Shown here piece by piece: positions 37,241-49,585 of a stretch of 49,708 nt of DNA (within the stretch, counting starts at the first letter, position 1; every line of letters begins with the position of its first letter). This DNA is from Spirogloea muscicola. Taxonomy: Eukaryota. The notes below the pieces were generated by a model. That model did not search any database. It was given only the letters and a program-made list of their open reading frames with translations, and was not told the DNA's origin. The position numbers and the translations under genes are program-made. Location: positions 581,992 to 631,699 of the forward strand of contig WELB01000020.1 in the NCBI GenBank assembly GCA_009602725.1, in the 5' to 3' direction.

Positions 37241-37280
37241 TCCCGTTGTGGAAGCCACTCGCCGGGGACGCGCGCGGCTG

Positions 37281-38480
37281 TGTCGTGCCACCAGGTGTCA
37301 GTTGCTAATTAACGTCGATAGGACAGAGTTGTGTGAAATTCAGGTGACAAGGTAGAGTCGGCATGACCGGCAACGCCAAACATTGTGAAAGGAATTAGAA
37401 AACGAAAAAATTGGACATTACTTGTTTTGAGATGAGATAGATTGTAGTATCGGAATAAGAAAGTAAGTGGAGCTCGTGATGGATGATTTCCAAGCACTCG
37501 GTCAAGAGGCGAGAACACCAAGCAATCACAGCGATGCAGAAACTAGATCTGACATAAGTAACGCCCGCACAGGGTCTGGAACACTGTAGCCACGATTCGT
37601 CGCCCAATGAGGGGTCTCAGTGACGGAACCGATGATACGCTCAAATAAGGGTCTCAGTGACAGAACCAATGATTCGCCCATGATATTAAGGCTCTTAGGG
37701 CCAGTAGCCGATCGTCGCCCAATGAAGGGTCTTCGGGCCAGTAACGATCGTCGCCAACGAAGGGTCCTAGGGCCAGTAAGCGATTGTCGCCCAATGAAGG
37801 GTCTTTTTCCAGTACCGCATGCCCACAAAGATGCACTCAATACAACCATTGAGGGTAGAGCAAGATCGCGTGTCTTGCCAATGCACCGGTTTACGCACCA
37901 GTTGACGGAGTTCGGTAGAAGGCTCTTCAGCAGACGACCTAGCGCGCCAGCCGTTGCCTTCCTGGCACGTCCGGAACGCTCGCTCGATGTCCGCTGGTTG
38001 TTCAGCGGTGGCGGAGGCGGAGACAGCGGCGACGCAGCAGCGGCGGCGACGTCAGCGACAATGGCACTGACGACGACAGCGGCGACGGCGGCGGCGAAGG
38101 CGGCGGCAAATCGGCTAAGAGGAAAAGACTTGACCGAGTAAAAGTACTCGGTCCTAGCTTTCCGCTCGCTTACCTTCGGTCGGAAAGAACGGTACTGGTT
38201 TCTTCGGAGCAGGCTCTTTGGCCCATTTGGCTCCCCATCCACCCTCGATCCCAAGGCCAGTGTAGCCTGAGATCGCTATTTCCGCCCTGCCCCTCCACCC
38301 TCAATTCCCAAGGCTAGTGTAGCCTGGGACTGCTATTCCCTCACCCTTTCACCTTTACCCGCCGCTAGCCTGGCCGGTACCCGCCTTCGCTCGTCAAGGC
38401 GGGTCATCCCCATCGGAGCGGGCTTTAAGGGCTTTCCGGCTTCTCTTCGGGCTTTTTGAGCGGTTTCGAGCGGTAAGAAT
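37281..38480 (-). mobile_element. Possible LTR-like element with internal ~35-bp and ~57-bp tandem repeats
   Basis: Boundary TGTCGTG (plus strand, 37281); imperfect repeats tcgtcgcccaatgaagggtc at 37596-37805; duplicated cccaaggc.agtgtagcctg at 38250-38330; no recognisable protein motif. Confidence 0.3.
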
Positions 38481-38489
38481 TGCGCGCCC

Positions 38490-41250
38490 TGAGAGAAGAG
38501 GGGCTAGCAAAGCCAGCCCAGAAAAGAATGGACAATGTCCGCAGGCCTCAAAGGCTACAAAACGGTGCCCGGAAAGACAAAACTACACACCAATACTGAT
38601 GCAGATGCTTACTCAGTAGCCACGAGTGAGCAACATCAAATCAGCATAACTCGAAGCACGAAAAGCGGCACTCCGCCGAGACCCTGAGGCAGCAGCCATG
38701 GCGCGGCCAGCGCGCGTGTGGACCGCGTGAGCCAATGAGCGCTGGAACGAAATCGCGAGCCGCATACGAAATACCTGGGCGAAAGAGCCGGCAGCATTGA
38801 AGACTGGAAAACCCCGCCGCCGCTCGATGGCCTGCCGGGCAAGCCGCTGGAGGAGATCCAATTAGCCACTGCCAAAGGCCCTGTGAACGTCAATGGCCAG
38901 GGCCGCGAATACCGCCTGGAGAGTGGTCAGCGTACCTGCGCTCCTTACTCCGAGCCGCCAAAGCGACCGCGTGCCCGGCGAGCGTCGCTGACTTGGCGGG
39001 GTTGGCGAAGTCTACGCAATCTGCAGTCACCACATCCGCAATGATACGCGGACCTCCTCCGGGCGGGATGGCGACAAGGTCAGCGCAGCGGGTGTGGAGC
39101 TGTCCGGCGGCGCCCCGCTGGATGGGCATGATTGTCGTGTATTCCACTGCCACCTTGTAGCCGGCCTCCATGAACACACCCTGCATGCCGTCTCGCAGGA
39201 GGTCGTGTGAACCGGTCCGCTCGCCCCCGTGCGGGCAGCGGAGCATGTGGGCAGCCAGCGTCGCAGGGTCATCGTGGCGGGCACTGCACTCGCACAGTTG
39301 GACCCGGACGAGGCAGGGAGGGAGGAGGCCCAGGAGCCGGTGGACCGCCGTCCTGAAAACCTCGTCTGGTATTGTGAGCGCCACGTAGATTGGGAGCGCT
39401 GATAACCACGCCGCCGCTCCAGGGGAGGAGGCTGAGCGGATCCGGGCGCGCCCTCGAAGGTCGTGCGGCGGAAGGAGCTCCACCACCTGGTCATAGGCCG
39501 CTTTGTCCACCAGCGCGGTGTAGCGGGCCTGGGCCCGCAGGTCGGGGGTGGGCGCGAGGTGGACGAGTGGAACGACCTGCTGCGGCATATCGGGGTGGGC
39601 AGCCAGGAGCCCGTCGCGGGCAGCGCGGAGAGCAGCCTGGAAGGACAACTGGCCGCTCTCCACAGCTCCCACCCGCTCCAGGGCGCGGTTGCCGTGAACT
39701 TGGAAGCGCTGGCAGATGGGGGTGGCGACCTGGGCCCAGCTGCCCAGGTAGGCGGCCTCACAGGGGCGGGCAACTGGGCGGCAGCTCAAGCCGCCGCGGC
39801 TAACTGGCAGGGTAGCCTGGAGCAGCGCGGCTGGCGTGGTGAGGAAACCCGGGTGTTGGAGGAGAGTGGCCGAGCTCTCCAGAATGCCGGTGTCAGAAGT
39901 TGCGAACGCCACCTTCACCGTCGGGGAGGGGGTGAGGACGCGGGCCAGTAGTGCGGCCGCTGGGCAATGCACCTGGTCAGCATAGCGGTCGCCAGCTGCA
40001 TGTCTTGCAGCGTGTGGAGACGGTCTGCCAGCCGGAGGTGCTCCAGCAGTCGCACCTGGAGCTGCTCCACCACAAAGGCTGGGGAGCCTATGGGGGCGCC
40101 GAGGAGGGTGAAGCCCCCGGCTGGTGTCTGGCAGCCCAACGGCAGGCGCAGGTGGGCTGGCAGGCCCCCAGGGGACCAAGCGCTGCATTTGGCTGCACGG
40201 ATGCCCAGGCCGATCGTGCCCAGCTGCACTTCGAGGGTGGCGAAGGCTGCCACGACATCGTCTGGCGGCCCCACCAGCGTGGCGTCATCCGCGTACGTGC
40301 GGACGAGGACGCCAGGGTGAGCCGCGACCGCTGCCAGCAGCGCAAGGTTGTGAGCCAGCGCGTAGTAGAGCCCCGCCAGCGGATCCCCTTGGCGCGCGCT
40401 TGTGGAGGAATGGAGAACCTCCACCCCACCGCGCCCTGTCCGCCACAGCAAGTCGCTTGGCTGACCGTAGCCCAGCCTGAAGAAGGGTAGGAGGCTGGCG
40501 AAGGCCGCCCGCAGCTCCTCTGCGATGACATCCGGGTATGCGCTGTTAAGAGCATTCCGGACACCTACCGCTAAAGCCATCCAACCGGGATTCAGGTCCA
40601 AGGCGGCCCGTACGCCGTGCACGACCACCTCACCGCCGCTCCGCAGCCCCGCACGGAACTGGTGGGGCGCCAGGTGTGGCTGGGCAAGCCCCGCGTGCTG
40701 TTGCCATAGCGCGCGCCCCACCAGGAGGTAGAGCACTTCGCCAACGGCAATGGGCCTGACCCCCCATTGGCCTTGCTGAGGGCCAGCAGCGTGCTGGTGC
40801 AAATGACGCCGCGTATGCTGGCCGGGACCTGGTCGCGAGTAAGGAGTTGGCACACTTGGTGGAGTGCCTGGGAGTCACTTGGTTCTCCCTCCAGGAAGAG
40901 CTTCGCGGAGATGCTCGGTGAGCATGTGTGAAGGACCTCCTGCGGCTGCGCGACGGCTGCTCTGCAGAGCCTGCCGAAGAGCGGCGGCGTCGAGGGCCAC
41001 CTCCTCCGGCGGTGCGAAGGTGGCCAAGCCACGGAGGCAGGGGGGAGGCGGGCCGCAGGGTGCAGGGACTCCAGGGCCGCCCGTGTGGCGGCGTTGGTTG
41101 GCGCCAGCGCCGAGTCGTCCAGGGCCTGGACCTCCCACGGGTCCGACTCGCCCGCGTGAGCGGAGCGCAGAGCCCGGCGGACGTTGGCGGCCCCGTCTGG
41201 CGCTGTCTGCACGTCACCTCGGCTTGCTGCCAACGGGCGGTGGGATGAGA
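38490..41250 (-). mobile_element. Longest CRE-like non-LTR retrotransposon (RT, CCHC, RLE), frameshifted and 5'-truncated
   Basis: AAGGPS, LLALSK, GVRPIAVGE, PHQF, GVRNALN (DxxNAFN with D lost), RQGDPL, TYADD, KCSAW, LLGAPIG; AYLGSW; ARIRS..AAAWLSALP; CECSARH..HMLRC..ERTGSHD; RCADLV..IIADV; KERRY; FQRSLA...LLTRGY* at 38613; 3' UTR to about 38490. Confidence 0.92.
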
Positions 41251-41253
41251 AAG

Positions 41254-42190
41254 AAGAAGTGGCTCTCCCAATGGGGGCAAGGGCTGTGAGAAGCCAGCCC
41301 GAAAAGAATTGACAAGGTTCGAAGGGGCCAAACTACGAGCTAAGCAGCGACTGCGGGGCCTGAAGAGGCTATGGCAGAACGGGGGAGGATGGACCACTTA
41401 GTAGTTACGAGTGAGGAGCCTCACATCCGACAGACTAGCTGCCGGTAAACTAACGGATGAGAAAGGGCTCGCCCATTGAGGATAGGGGCTGGAAAAAACA
41501 GCCCAAAAAGAAGGAACGAAGTACGAGAAGGGGGCCAGGGGAAGCGCTAAGGAAAACAAGCACAACAAGAAACGAAGCAGCTACGTGTCACTCAGCAACC
41601 CCTGCAAAGATGAAGGGCTTGCCCATTGAGGATAGGGGCTGGAAAAAGCCAGCCCAAGAAAGAATGAACAAAGGACGAGAAGGGGCCAGGGGAAGTACGA
41701 AGAACAACAAGCACAAAAAAGCTACGCAGCACTCTGTAAACCCTGCTAAACAGCCTCAGGTCAGAGAGACTGGGTTCCTGGAAGCGGGTCCCCTGGCCGG
41801 AGCCAGAGGCAGCAGCGAAGGCTCTGGCTGCACGCAGGTGCAGCGCGCGGGCCATAGACCTCTGCAGCGAGACGGCCAAGCGCATGCGGTACACCTGCGC
41901 TAGCGACCCTGATGCATGGAAGTCCATCGGCTCCCCATGGAAGCGGCGGACAATGGCGTGGAGTGAGAGCTGGGTGAGCAGCCCGAGCCACCGAGCGCCC
42001 AGCGCCCCGTGCGTATCGATGGCGAGCGGGAAGAACTCGTCTTCCCGCGGGTGATCTGCATATATTAGCTCCTTGGCCCAAGCAGCGCAGGCTACCGCAT
42101 ACCCAGCCTTGGTGGCACACTGGGCTGGGTGTGAGCTGTCATTGCAAAGCAGCCTCAGGTCAGAGAAGCTAGGCTCCTGGAAGTGGGTCC
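41254..42190 (-). mobile_element. Head-to-tail RLE 3' fragments (LTRNY copy; two 'EPSLSDLRL' family ends)
   Basis: 41254-41451 LTRNY; terminal motifs at 41460-41540 and 41610-41690; AKELIY..DEFFPLAIDTHGALG..SDLRLFSRVY at 41735-42130. Confidence 0.85.
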
Positions 42191-42299
42191 CCTGGCCAGA
42201 GCTGGGGCTGCCCCTCGGATGCCAAATCCACGGCCCAGTGGCAGATGCGCACGGTGTTTGAGTGGTTGGGATGGGGTTGGCCTGCTGATAACGAAATCG

Positions 42300-42479
42300 A
42301 CGGCTCCAAAGGCGGATTCTCACTTACTCGACCGGAGCTGAGCTGACAGTACTGCGTTCACAGCTCCTGTTTCACGTTTTACAGATAGGTGACGTGCCTC
42401 AGATGTCTTACGTGTACAGCCACCTCACAGGCCTTGTCTGATCGACGTCAATGAGCCATCGACGGGATATCTCGTGACA
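42300..42479 (+). mobile_element. Possible LTR 3'-end fragment
   Basis: Ends ...gatcgacgtcaatgagccatcgacgggatatctcgtgaCA; similar to 21283-21320. Confidence 0.3.
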
Positions 42480-42544
42480 GCTGCTCTCGTCATCCGCACC
42501 AGGCGCGGCAGCTTAATTGTCTGCCCTGCCGACCTACCACGCGC

Positions 42545-44005
42545 TCTAGATGCCGGACGACGCCTTCCGCACGCCTCTGCGACGCCTCCTCGGCCTCCAC
42601 CCACCTTGCCTAAATGGTGTACAGCAGTGTGAGTGCTGCGGGCGCAGCCCAGACGCGGCATCGTTGGCAGCCCATGTGCTCAGGTGCGCACGGGGAGGGG
42701 AGCGGACCAGCACACACGACCTGCTCCGGAACGCGATGTTCAGCATATTTGTCGAAGCCGGTTACACTGTGGCGCTTGAGTTTTCAAGCATCATGCCTCA
42801 TGCCTCTGCTGGGGCGGATGGCCACCTCCACACCGGGTGCGCCGATCTCGTCGCCAGCGCGCTCGGCTCATATACGTGCCGGCCGCGCTATGGCTGCTGC
42901 CTCAGGGTCTCGCCGGAGTGCTTCTTTTCCTGCAGCGAGTTACTCAGATCCGATGTTGCTCACTCGCGGGTACTGAGCTTCCCTCTGCATCGTCTTGTGT
43001 CTGGTTGTGAAGTTTTCTTTTCGGCTCCTTCTTTGGCTTTGGATTTTGCCCTTTCTTTTTGGGCTGGCGTTGCCAGCCCCTCTTCTCCAAGGGCGAGCCC
43101 CTCTCTCGGCGGGGGGACTCGGCTCGTTGCCGACTTGGTCACCACCGACTGCTTTGATTCCAGGAGCGCCAAGCAAGCGCGGCCAGATTAACTGGTGGCT
43201 GGGAGCGCCAAACGCTCATCCGAGGAGGCGGGCTACGCAGTCCGCCAAGCGGCCGGCGTAAAGGAACGGAAGTACTCGAATCACCCAGTGGGAGACGAGT
43301 TCGTCCCACTCGCCATCGACGTACACGGAGCTTTTGGGACAGAATGGCTTGACCTTCTTCACCGCCTTGCGCGGCTTGCAGTGGCCCCGCCGCCACGGGC
43401 AGCAGAGCGAGCAGCCTGGCTTCAGTGTCGCCGGGTCCCTCGCTCAAGTCTCCCGGATGCGCTTGGCCATCTCCTTGCAGCGGTCCCTTGCCTTCGCGGT
43501 TCACTTGAGCGCAGGCCGCGCTTTGGCGACGGCCTCCGGCTTTTGTCAGGGCGACGTCTATCCGCCTGCTAGCTATTCCGATGTGCATCTACTGACTAGA
43601 GGTTACCGAGAGTCCCCTTGCTGCCGTCTTAGCACTTAGTACCTTGTTTTCTGCGCCATCCGGCTCCTTCAGACCTTGTCCATTCCTTTCATGGGGGATA
43701 GTTTACCGGCAGCTAGTCTGTCGGATGTGAGGCTCCTCACTCGTAACTACTAAGCGGTCCATCCTCCCCCGTTCTGCCATAGCCTCTTCAGGCCCCGCAG
43801 TCGCTGCTTAGCTCGTAGTTTGGCCCCTTCGAACCTTGTCAATTCTTTTCGGGCTGGCTTCTCACAGCCCTTGCCCCCATTGGGAGAGCCACTTCTTCTT
43901 TCATGTCATTCCTCCATCATTTTGCCCCTTCGGACCTTTGTCAATTCATTTTCGGGCTGGGCTTTTCACAGCCCTTGCCCCCATCAGGAGTGTCACTTCT
44001 TCTTT
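42545..44005 (+). mobile_element. RLE CCHC/endonuclease fragment with two nested TSD-flanked insertions, followed by an LTRNY copy and extra 3' ends
   Basis: PDDAFRTPLRRLLG, CECCGR..HVLRC..ERTSTHD, CADLV; insert 42868-43104 (TSD CTCGGC); insert 43173-43201 (TSD GGAGCGCCAA); KERKY..LLTRGY; LTRNY copy at 43693-43898. Confidence 0.88.
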
Positions 44006-44428
44006 GGGCATGGCCCATACCTTTTGGGAAGAGCTGGAAGAGCTGACTAATCTGCCAGGGGGGCGGCGGCAGGGGGGGCTGGCTGGGGGGTGGATTTGGC
44101 GGGTGGCCTTTTTTTGGCGCCAGCCGAGGGCGTCGGCGGAGATGCGCGCCATCGGACGGCCGCCGGCGGCCCGGACCGCCGCCCAGGTGGGCGGCGGGCC
44201 CCCGGATCGCGGCCATCGACGGCGCCGGGCGGGGNNNNNNNNNNNNNNNNNNNNNNNNNNNNNNNNNNNNNNNNNNNNNNNNNNNNNNNNNNNNNNNNNN
44301 NNNNNNNNNNNNNNNNNNNNNNNNNNNNNNNNNNNNNNNNNNNNNNNNNNNNNNNNNNNNNNNNNNNNNNNNNNNNNNNNNNNNNNNNNNNNNNNNNNNN
44401 NNNNNNNNNNNNNNNNNNNNNNNNNNNN

Positions 44429-45420
44429 CAACGCCACTTGATATCCCGCCTCCTTGACGATGCCATACATGGCGTCACGTAGGAGGTTGTGGGAGCCCGT
44501 GCGCTCACTGCCTTTGGCACACCTGAGCATGTGGTCACCCATGAGCAATGCATCATGCTCAATAAGCCCACATTCACATCGGGTTACCCTGCCAAGCACA
44601 TGGGATGGTAAGCCAAGACGGCGGCGCATAGCATCGCAAAACAAAGCATTCTCCATCCGCAAGCCCGCATGCAAAGGCAAAGCGCGGAGCCACTCAGACG
44701 CTCCCAGAGACGAAACAGATAGGAGCCGGGCCTGGCCTCGAGCATCTCCTTGGAGAAGACTCCGGAGATGCTCCAGTGGTTGCTCGTCTGCAGCATGGGA
44801 AAACCGCGATTGAGCCTCAACATCAAAGACGTCAGCCCAGGCAGCAATATTAACAGGCTCATTCACCAGAGGCGGGTATGCGGCAAGGAGGTCCTGTTGG
44901 CATGCTTTGATAGTCACTTGGAAAGTCAGACTCCCCTGAACCGTAACTGATGTGAGGCGCCAATATACGTTGTTGCTCAAGGAGGAATCGTCCTGATATG
45001 GACGAAGCCACCTGAGCCCAGCAGCCAAGGTATGCTGGTCTGCACAAGCGGACTAAGGGGCGACAACCAAGCCCACCGTGACGTATGGGCCGCGTACATT
45101 GCACCAGTGCTGCTGGAGACTGCTCTAGGAGTGGGTGAGCAATCAGATCAGTAAGGCATCGCTGAAGCATGACATCAATGGATGCATAGACAGCATCCAA
45201 AGTGACCGAAGGTGGGACCGTTCGCATTAGGTAACACGGCCGCTGGGCCACACTTCTGGTCAACGGCAACTGAGAGTCTCCAAGGGTGGGGAGCTCTGGC
45301 AGGACCTGCATATATCCTTGGAGACAAGCAAGGACAGCACCATCCGGAAAAGACGGGTCCCCTACGGGCACTGCCAAGTACCTCAAGCCGCCCTCTGGAG
45401 TCTGACGAGATGTAGGCAAC
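44429..45420 (-). mobile_element. Divergent RLE retrotransposon fragment (post-RT region and CCHC finger), running into an N gap
   Basis: YLAVPVG, RPCYLMRT, PIRHGGLG, PAYLGCWAQV, QARLLSVS..ASEWLRALP, CECGLIEH..DHMLRCAKGSERTGSHNLLRD; gap at 44235-44428. Confidence 0.85.
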
Positions 45421-45963
45421 AAGGGAAACAGGGAAAGCTGCTGCTGAAATTAAAAAATCGGCTGTAAACTGAGGGGCGGGCGGGCGGGGGAAGGGGGGGT
45501 GCAAAGGCAGGAGAGGTGCCTGAGGTATGCTTGCAAATGAAGCCACTGTGCACAATTCACTGATCTGGTGCTTTTCCCAGTCAGAGCGAGTATTTCAGAT
45601 GTTGCGCTACTCGCTATTCTTAAAGACATGTGACTATGCAGGGATATGTGTGATCACAACCCAACCTCTGACGCAAAACGGTTGAGGAGAAGCATTTGAC
45701 ACAATGCAGTCACCAAACAACTCTCACTAGACTAAGAACTTTAAAATGGGAACAAGTGAAGGTCTCAAAATGGCGGGTGTAGAAACGCCCACAAGGCAGG
45801 CGCAGGTCAAGCCTTCTGACCGCCTGGTCATTGTCAGTGCAACGTATATAAGGAAAGGAGAACTAGCTTTTAAAAAAGTGTCGCATACCCGTAATGGCTC
45901 CACAAAAGCCTCAATGAGAAGACCATGGGCCCAAAAGATTTGTTTCATCACAACTCTGCCGGC

Positions 45964-48900
45964 TCAGACTTGCCACTCGGTCTTTTTCGTCCACCAGGGA
46001 AACCAGGCAGGCACCTGGGTCTTGTGCTTGTGCCAGACCTGCACCGCTGCACCGTACGCTTCCTCTCGCACCTGCTTGGTGCTCGCCCGCCAGTCGAACT
46101 TCTCCACGTCTGATCGCGCTGCCTCGGCAAATTGTGCCCGCAGCTCTGCTGAGTCAATGAGCTTCTTCAGCTTGGCAGCCGCATCATCCACGTCACCGGG
46201 GGCGAACATGAAACCCGTGACACCCTCCTGATGCAAGAATGTCGAATGTTTTCTCCCCTCAGGTCAAGTTACTCACTGAAGTATGCATGCCTGTCAAACA
46301 GCCTCTATTCTAGAAATGATACCAAAGGTAGTGAGCAGGGTGTCACATAACCAGCTAAAAAATACCAAAAAACTGCAGCCTTCGCTTTCTTTGCAATGAT
46401 GCAATGTACCTGGCTGATGATGTCTGGGATGCCACCTGCCCTGGCAGCCACCACGGGGACGCCAGAAGCCATGGCCTCGAGCACCACAAAGCCGAGCGTC
46501 TCAGACTCTGAGGGCGTGATGAAGATGTCAGCACTTGCATAGGCTTGCGATAGCTCTTCCCCTTGGAGCATCCCTGTGAACACAGTTGGTACTCCTACAC
46601 ACATTTTCTCCAAGTCTTGCCTGCAATATGGCTTGAGGTGATATTAGTGGACAGTATAAGAGCAGAGCAGGCCAAAGAAGCGATATAATACTGATGACCC
46701 TCCAAAAAGCTGAGCTTCAGCCAAGTCTCAGTAATGAAATTGATTGGAATTAAGTGAACCTGAAGGGGCCATCTCCAACAAAGGCAATCCGGGCCTCTGG
46801 AACCTTCTTCATGATGCTGCACGACAAGCACAAGCTCGGCTGTCAGAGACAACCGCAGCATGCTGCTGTGTATTCCATCTTACAAGACTATGTAAGCTTA
46901 AAGCTTCCGTTCGACAACAGCATTGCCTGCTCGAGCAGCGAATGAGTCAGCGAGCAGGCAATCCATCACATACGCTGGGACAATATCAAGGTTCTTCTCA
47001 GCACCAAGTCTTCCAACATGAACAATTAGAGGACGATGGGGTTCACCCGCACTGCAATGAGATGCACAACAATCTAAATCAGTGAGAACATACGCAACTC
47101 CAATCGAATCTAGGCGCAAAGTGATATAAGGCATTGATGGATCGTATCATATCAAATAAAACTCCTGAAAGATCCTCTAAGAAATATAGGAAGGTAACCC
47201 TCCCAAAGGTCATGATTGACAAGTAGCTCACACCTTAATCGATACCGCATCTCATCACTCTTGAAACGAGGATTGAAGCTATCCGCATCAATGCCTTTGC
47301 GCCATATGCGGATTCTGTCAGCTGGAAACAAAGATGTTGCAGGAGATCAACTGAGTAGGAGAGAGAGATTTTGAGAATCTGAATTACACTACGGCTGTAG
47401 AGGCGTCCAGATGGCAAGTACTTCACACCAGCGCAAACGCGGCAACACAGAAGCCTATTGCATACCAGAATATGCTAAAAGATACATGGCGACTACTTGC
47501 AAGATGGTGGTTCACCTGCAGAGCACCCAGCAGCATACAGCTCCTTGCCCATAGTACTGGAGACAACCAATGTGAGGTCTGCTGCTTGATGTAGTATTCC
47601 TGTGGTCAAGCATGCAAGGCACTCGTCCATCAGCTGCCACTAAGCCTAACAAACCCATGTACAACCTTTGCTAAGCGAGCGGCGCCAAGCCAAAATGCAT
47701 GCAAGATGAGAACTCACTGATGACAGCCCACATTGGGCCTACAAGGAATGCAAATGTGTACTTGGGAATATAGCTGCAAGGAGCAATATAATATTAATGA
47801 GATAAACAACAACGGCATCTCCTCATGAGTAGCTTGCAATTGCCAAAAATCCACGACACACATGACGTAACATATGAATGTCTCTGCGCGTCTATTTGTG
47901 TGAGATGCCATTGCTGCAAAAGGTTCACAAGCTCATGCCCCATCTTCTTCATGTGCAGCTGAAATAATATCCACTTCCTTTGCAGACGTGTGTGACTGTC
48001 AGAGACTGTCAGAGAACTTACACAGGCACATGTGTATGGTAAGAAAGGACCAGAGGGATGCTCAGCATCTTTGAGATGATCAATGCTCCTATGCACTGCA
48101 GCGGAGGAGGAAGAGCTTCAGAAAAATCTGCATATCTTCCTTCTACTGTCCATGCAGAGGCTTGCCTTATGTAGGAGTTCCACAGTGTGCAGCACTAAAT
48201 TGTGGCCTGACTACACGGAATGCTTGCTCCACATTGCCCAAAAGAGTGTGTGGATGTCTGTATTTATTTACACGACAAGCTTCATCGCCTACTACGACGT
48301 ACGTTAGCATCGTATGAGCATCACAGAGCGACAACTCTTTCCAACAGTGCCTGCTGCTGCAATTTGTCTCGCCCATGACCTTACCATGATGCCTGGAGAC
48401 GAAGCATGGATCACGTCAGGCTTGAAGTTCTTCACGGCACCTATTATGCGTGGGCTCAAGGCCAGGGACAGTGGCAGGGTGCTGTACCACGGGCATGGGA
48501 AACTGAGAGAGACAGCAGTGCACACGGTGCTCAATGAGTGATTTTTAATACAAGCTAACCGCTCAACCTATGCCACAGAGTTGAGTAGCCCTTTGGTTGC
48601 GGTGATGTTGCTAGCAGAATGACTCGAAGATACCTAGACAAGCTCTACACAAATCTGCTCTTCTACACACTCAGCTTCAAGCAGCAGCAATTTCTTGAAT
48701 CGACTCTGTCTCTAAGACCTGCTATTAGCTGGTTGCATCCTTGGAAACCTACCTCCAAGAACCCATGACCTTTGCTCCGTGAAAGTCCTTAGGTACTCCC
48801 ACGTGCGTGGTAATTACCAGGACCTGCATATACACAGTGGACACCGCTGACTGCTCTTAAAGCAAGCCAGATAATCAGATATAGACCGTGCAAGGAGGCT

Positions 48901-49585
48901 TCTCTCTCATTAGGCAAAACCAAGCCTACAATCAGTGAGCAGGTACCTCGTCTCCCATCTCGCGGAGATGTTTGATGAAGTTCTGAAAGCGATTCTTGTA
49001 GCCACAGACATACCTGCACAAGACACAGCCAAGAGGTACGCTAAGCCACAATTGGTGCAGGTGCACGTAGCTCACACATCTGTGGTGTTCCTACACCTCC
49101 AATTTGCGACCAGTACTCATGGACTCCAATTGGAAAGCAAAGCTGAGCTGCTGTCTCCTCGTTGCGACCCAAAGCTTGCTCCATACTGTGTCCAACTGCC
49201 TTCAATGAGGCTGCAAATGCGGCATTTGTTCCCTATCATGACTGGACTGGGGTCACTGGCACGTCACAATTGCTGTTCACGACTGTGACGCGCATCTGGT
49301 ACGTCGAGGTCGAGAGACCTGCTGCTGCAATTGAATCGCCATCAACCAGAGAAGACACGGCAGCTGGAGATGGTGGCAACCGGAGTCTTACGCAAACGGC
49401 GATGGCTCCACAAAGAGGGCGATGCGCCGCGGCTTGCGCGACCACTGCAGGCCGTAGTCCTCGTCGGAGAGGTGCACCGCCGGCAGGTTGCCCGCGGGAG
49501 CGGCCGCGGACGAGACGGCCCTGGCGCCCGTCCCCACGCCGCCGGCGGGCTTCCTCGGCCGGCCGGCCCGGCTCCCGCGCCGCAG
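45964..49585 (-). CDS. SQD2: Sulfoquinovosyltransferase SQD2 (GT4), multi-exon, 5' end missing
   Basis: Spliced exons KPRRIALFVEPSPFA|YVCGYKNRFQNFIKHLREMGDE|VLVITTH..|FPCPWY..PDVIHASSPGIM|..LSYHTHVP|YIPKYTF..|..RIWRKGID|..HVGRLGAEKNL|..FVGDGP|..PSESETLGFVVLEAMASGVPVV|..WQV*. No ATG before the terminal A-run. Confidence 0.93.

Noticed and set aside
37526..38254. 242-aa ORF as gag or a host gene
   Set aside because: Built largely from GCG-type and 35-bp repeats; no zinc knuckle or other domain motif.
43820..43898. 3' motif as an HDV-like ribozyme
   Set aside because: GGCCC/GGGCT followed by GG mimics P1/P1.1, but I could not build P3 or P2, and such ribozymes normally sit at element 5' ends.
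15595..44005. Recurrent 65-80 nt motif as a CRISPR-like array
   Set aside because: Irregular spacing, both orientations, variable sequence, no cas genes; it is tied to retroelement ORF ends in a eukaryotic context.
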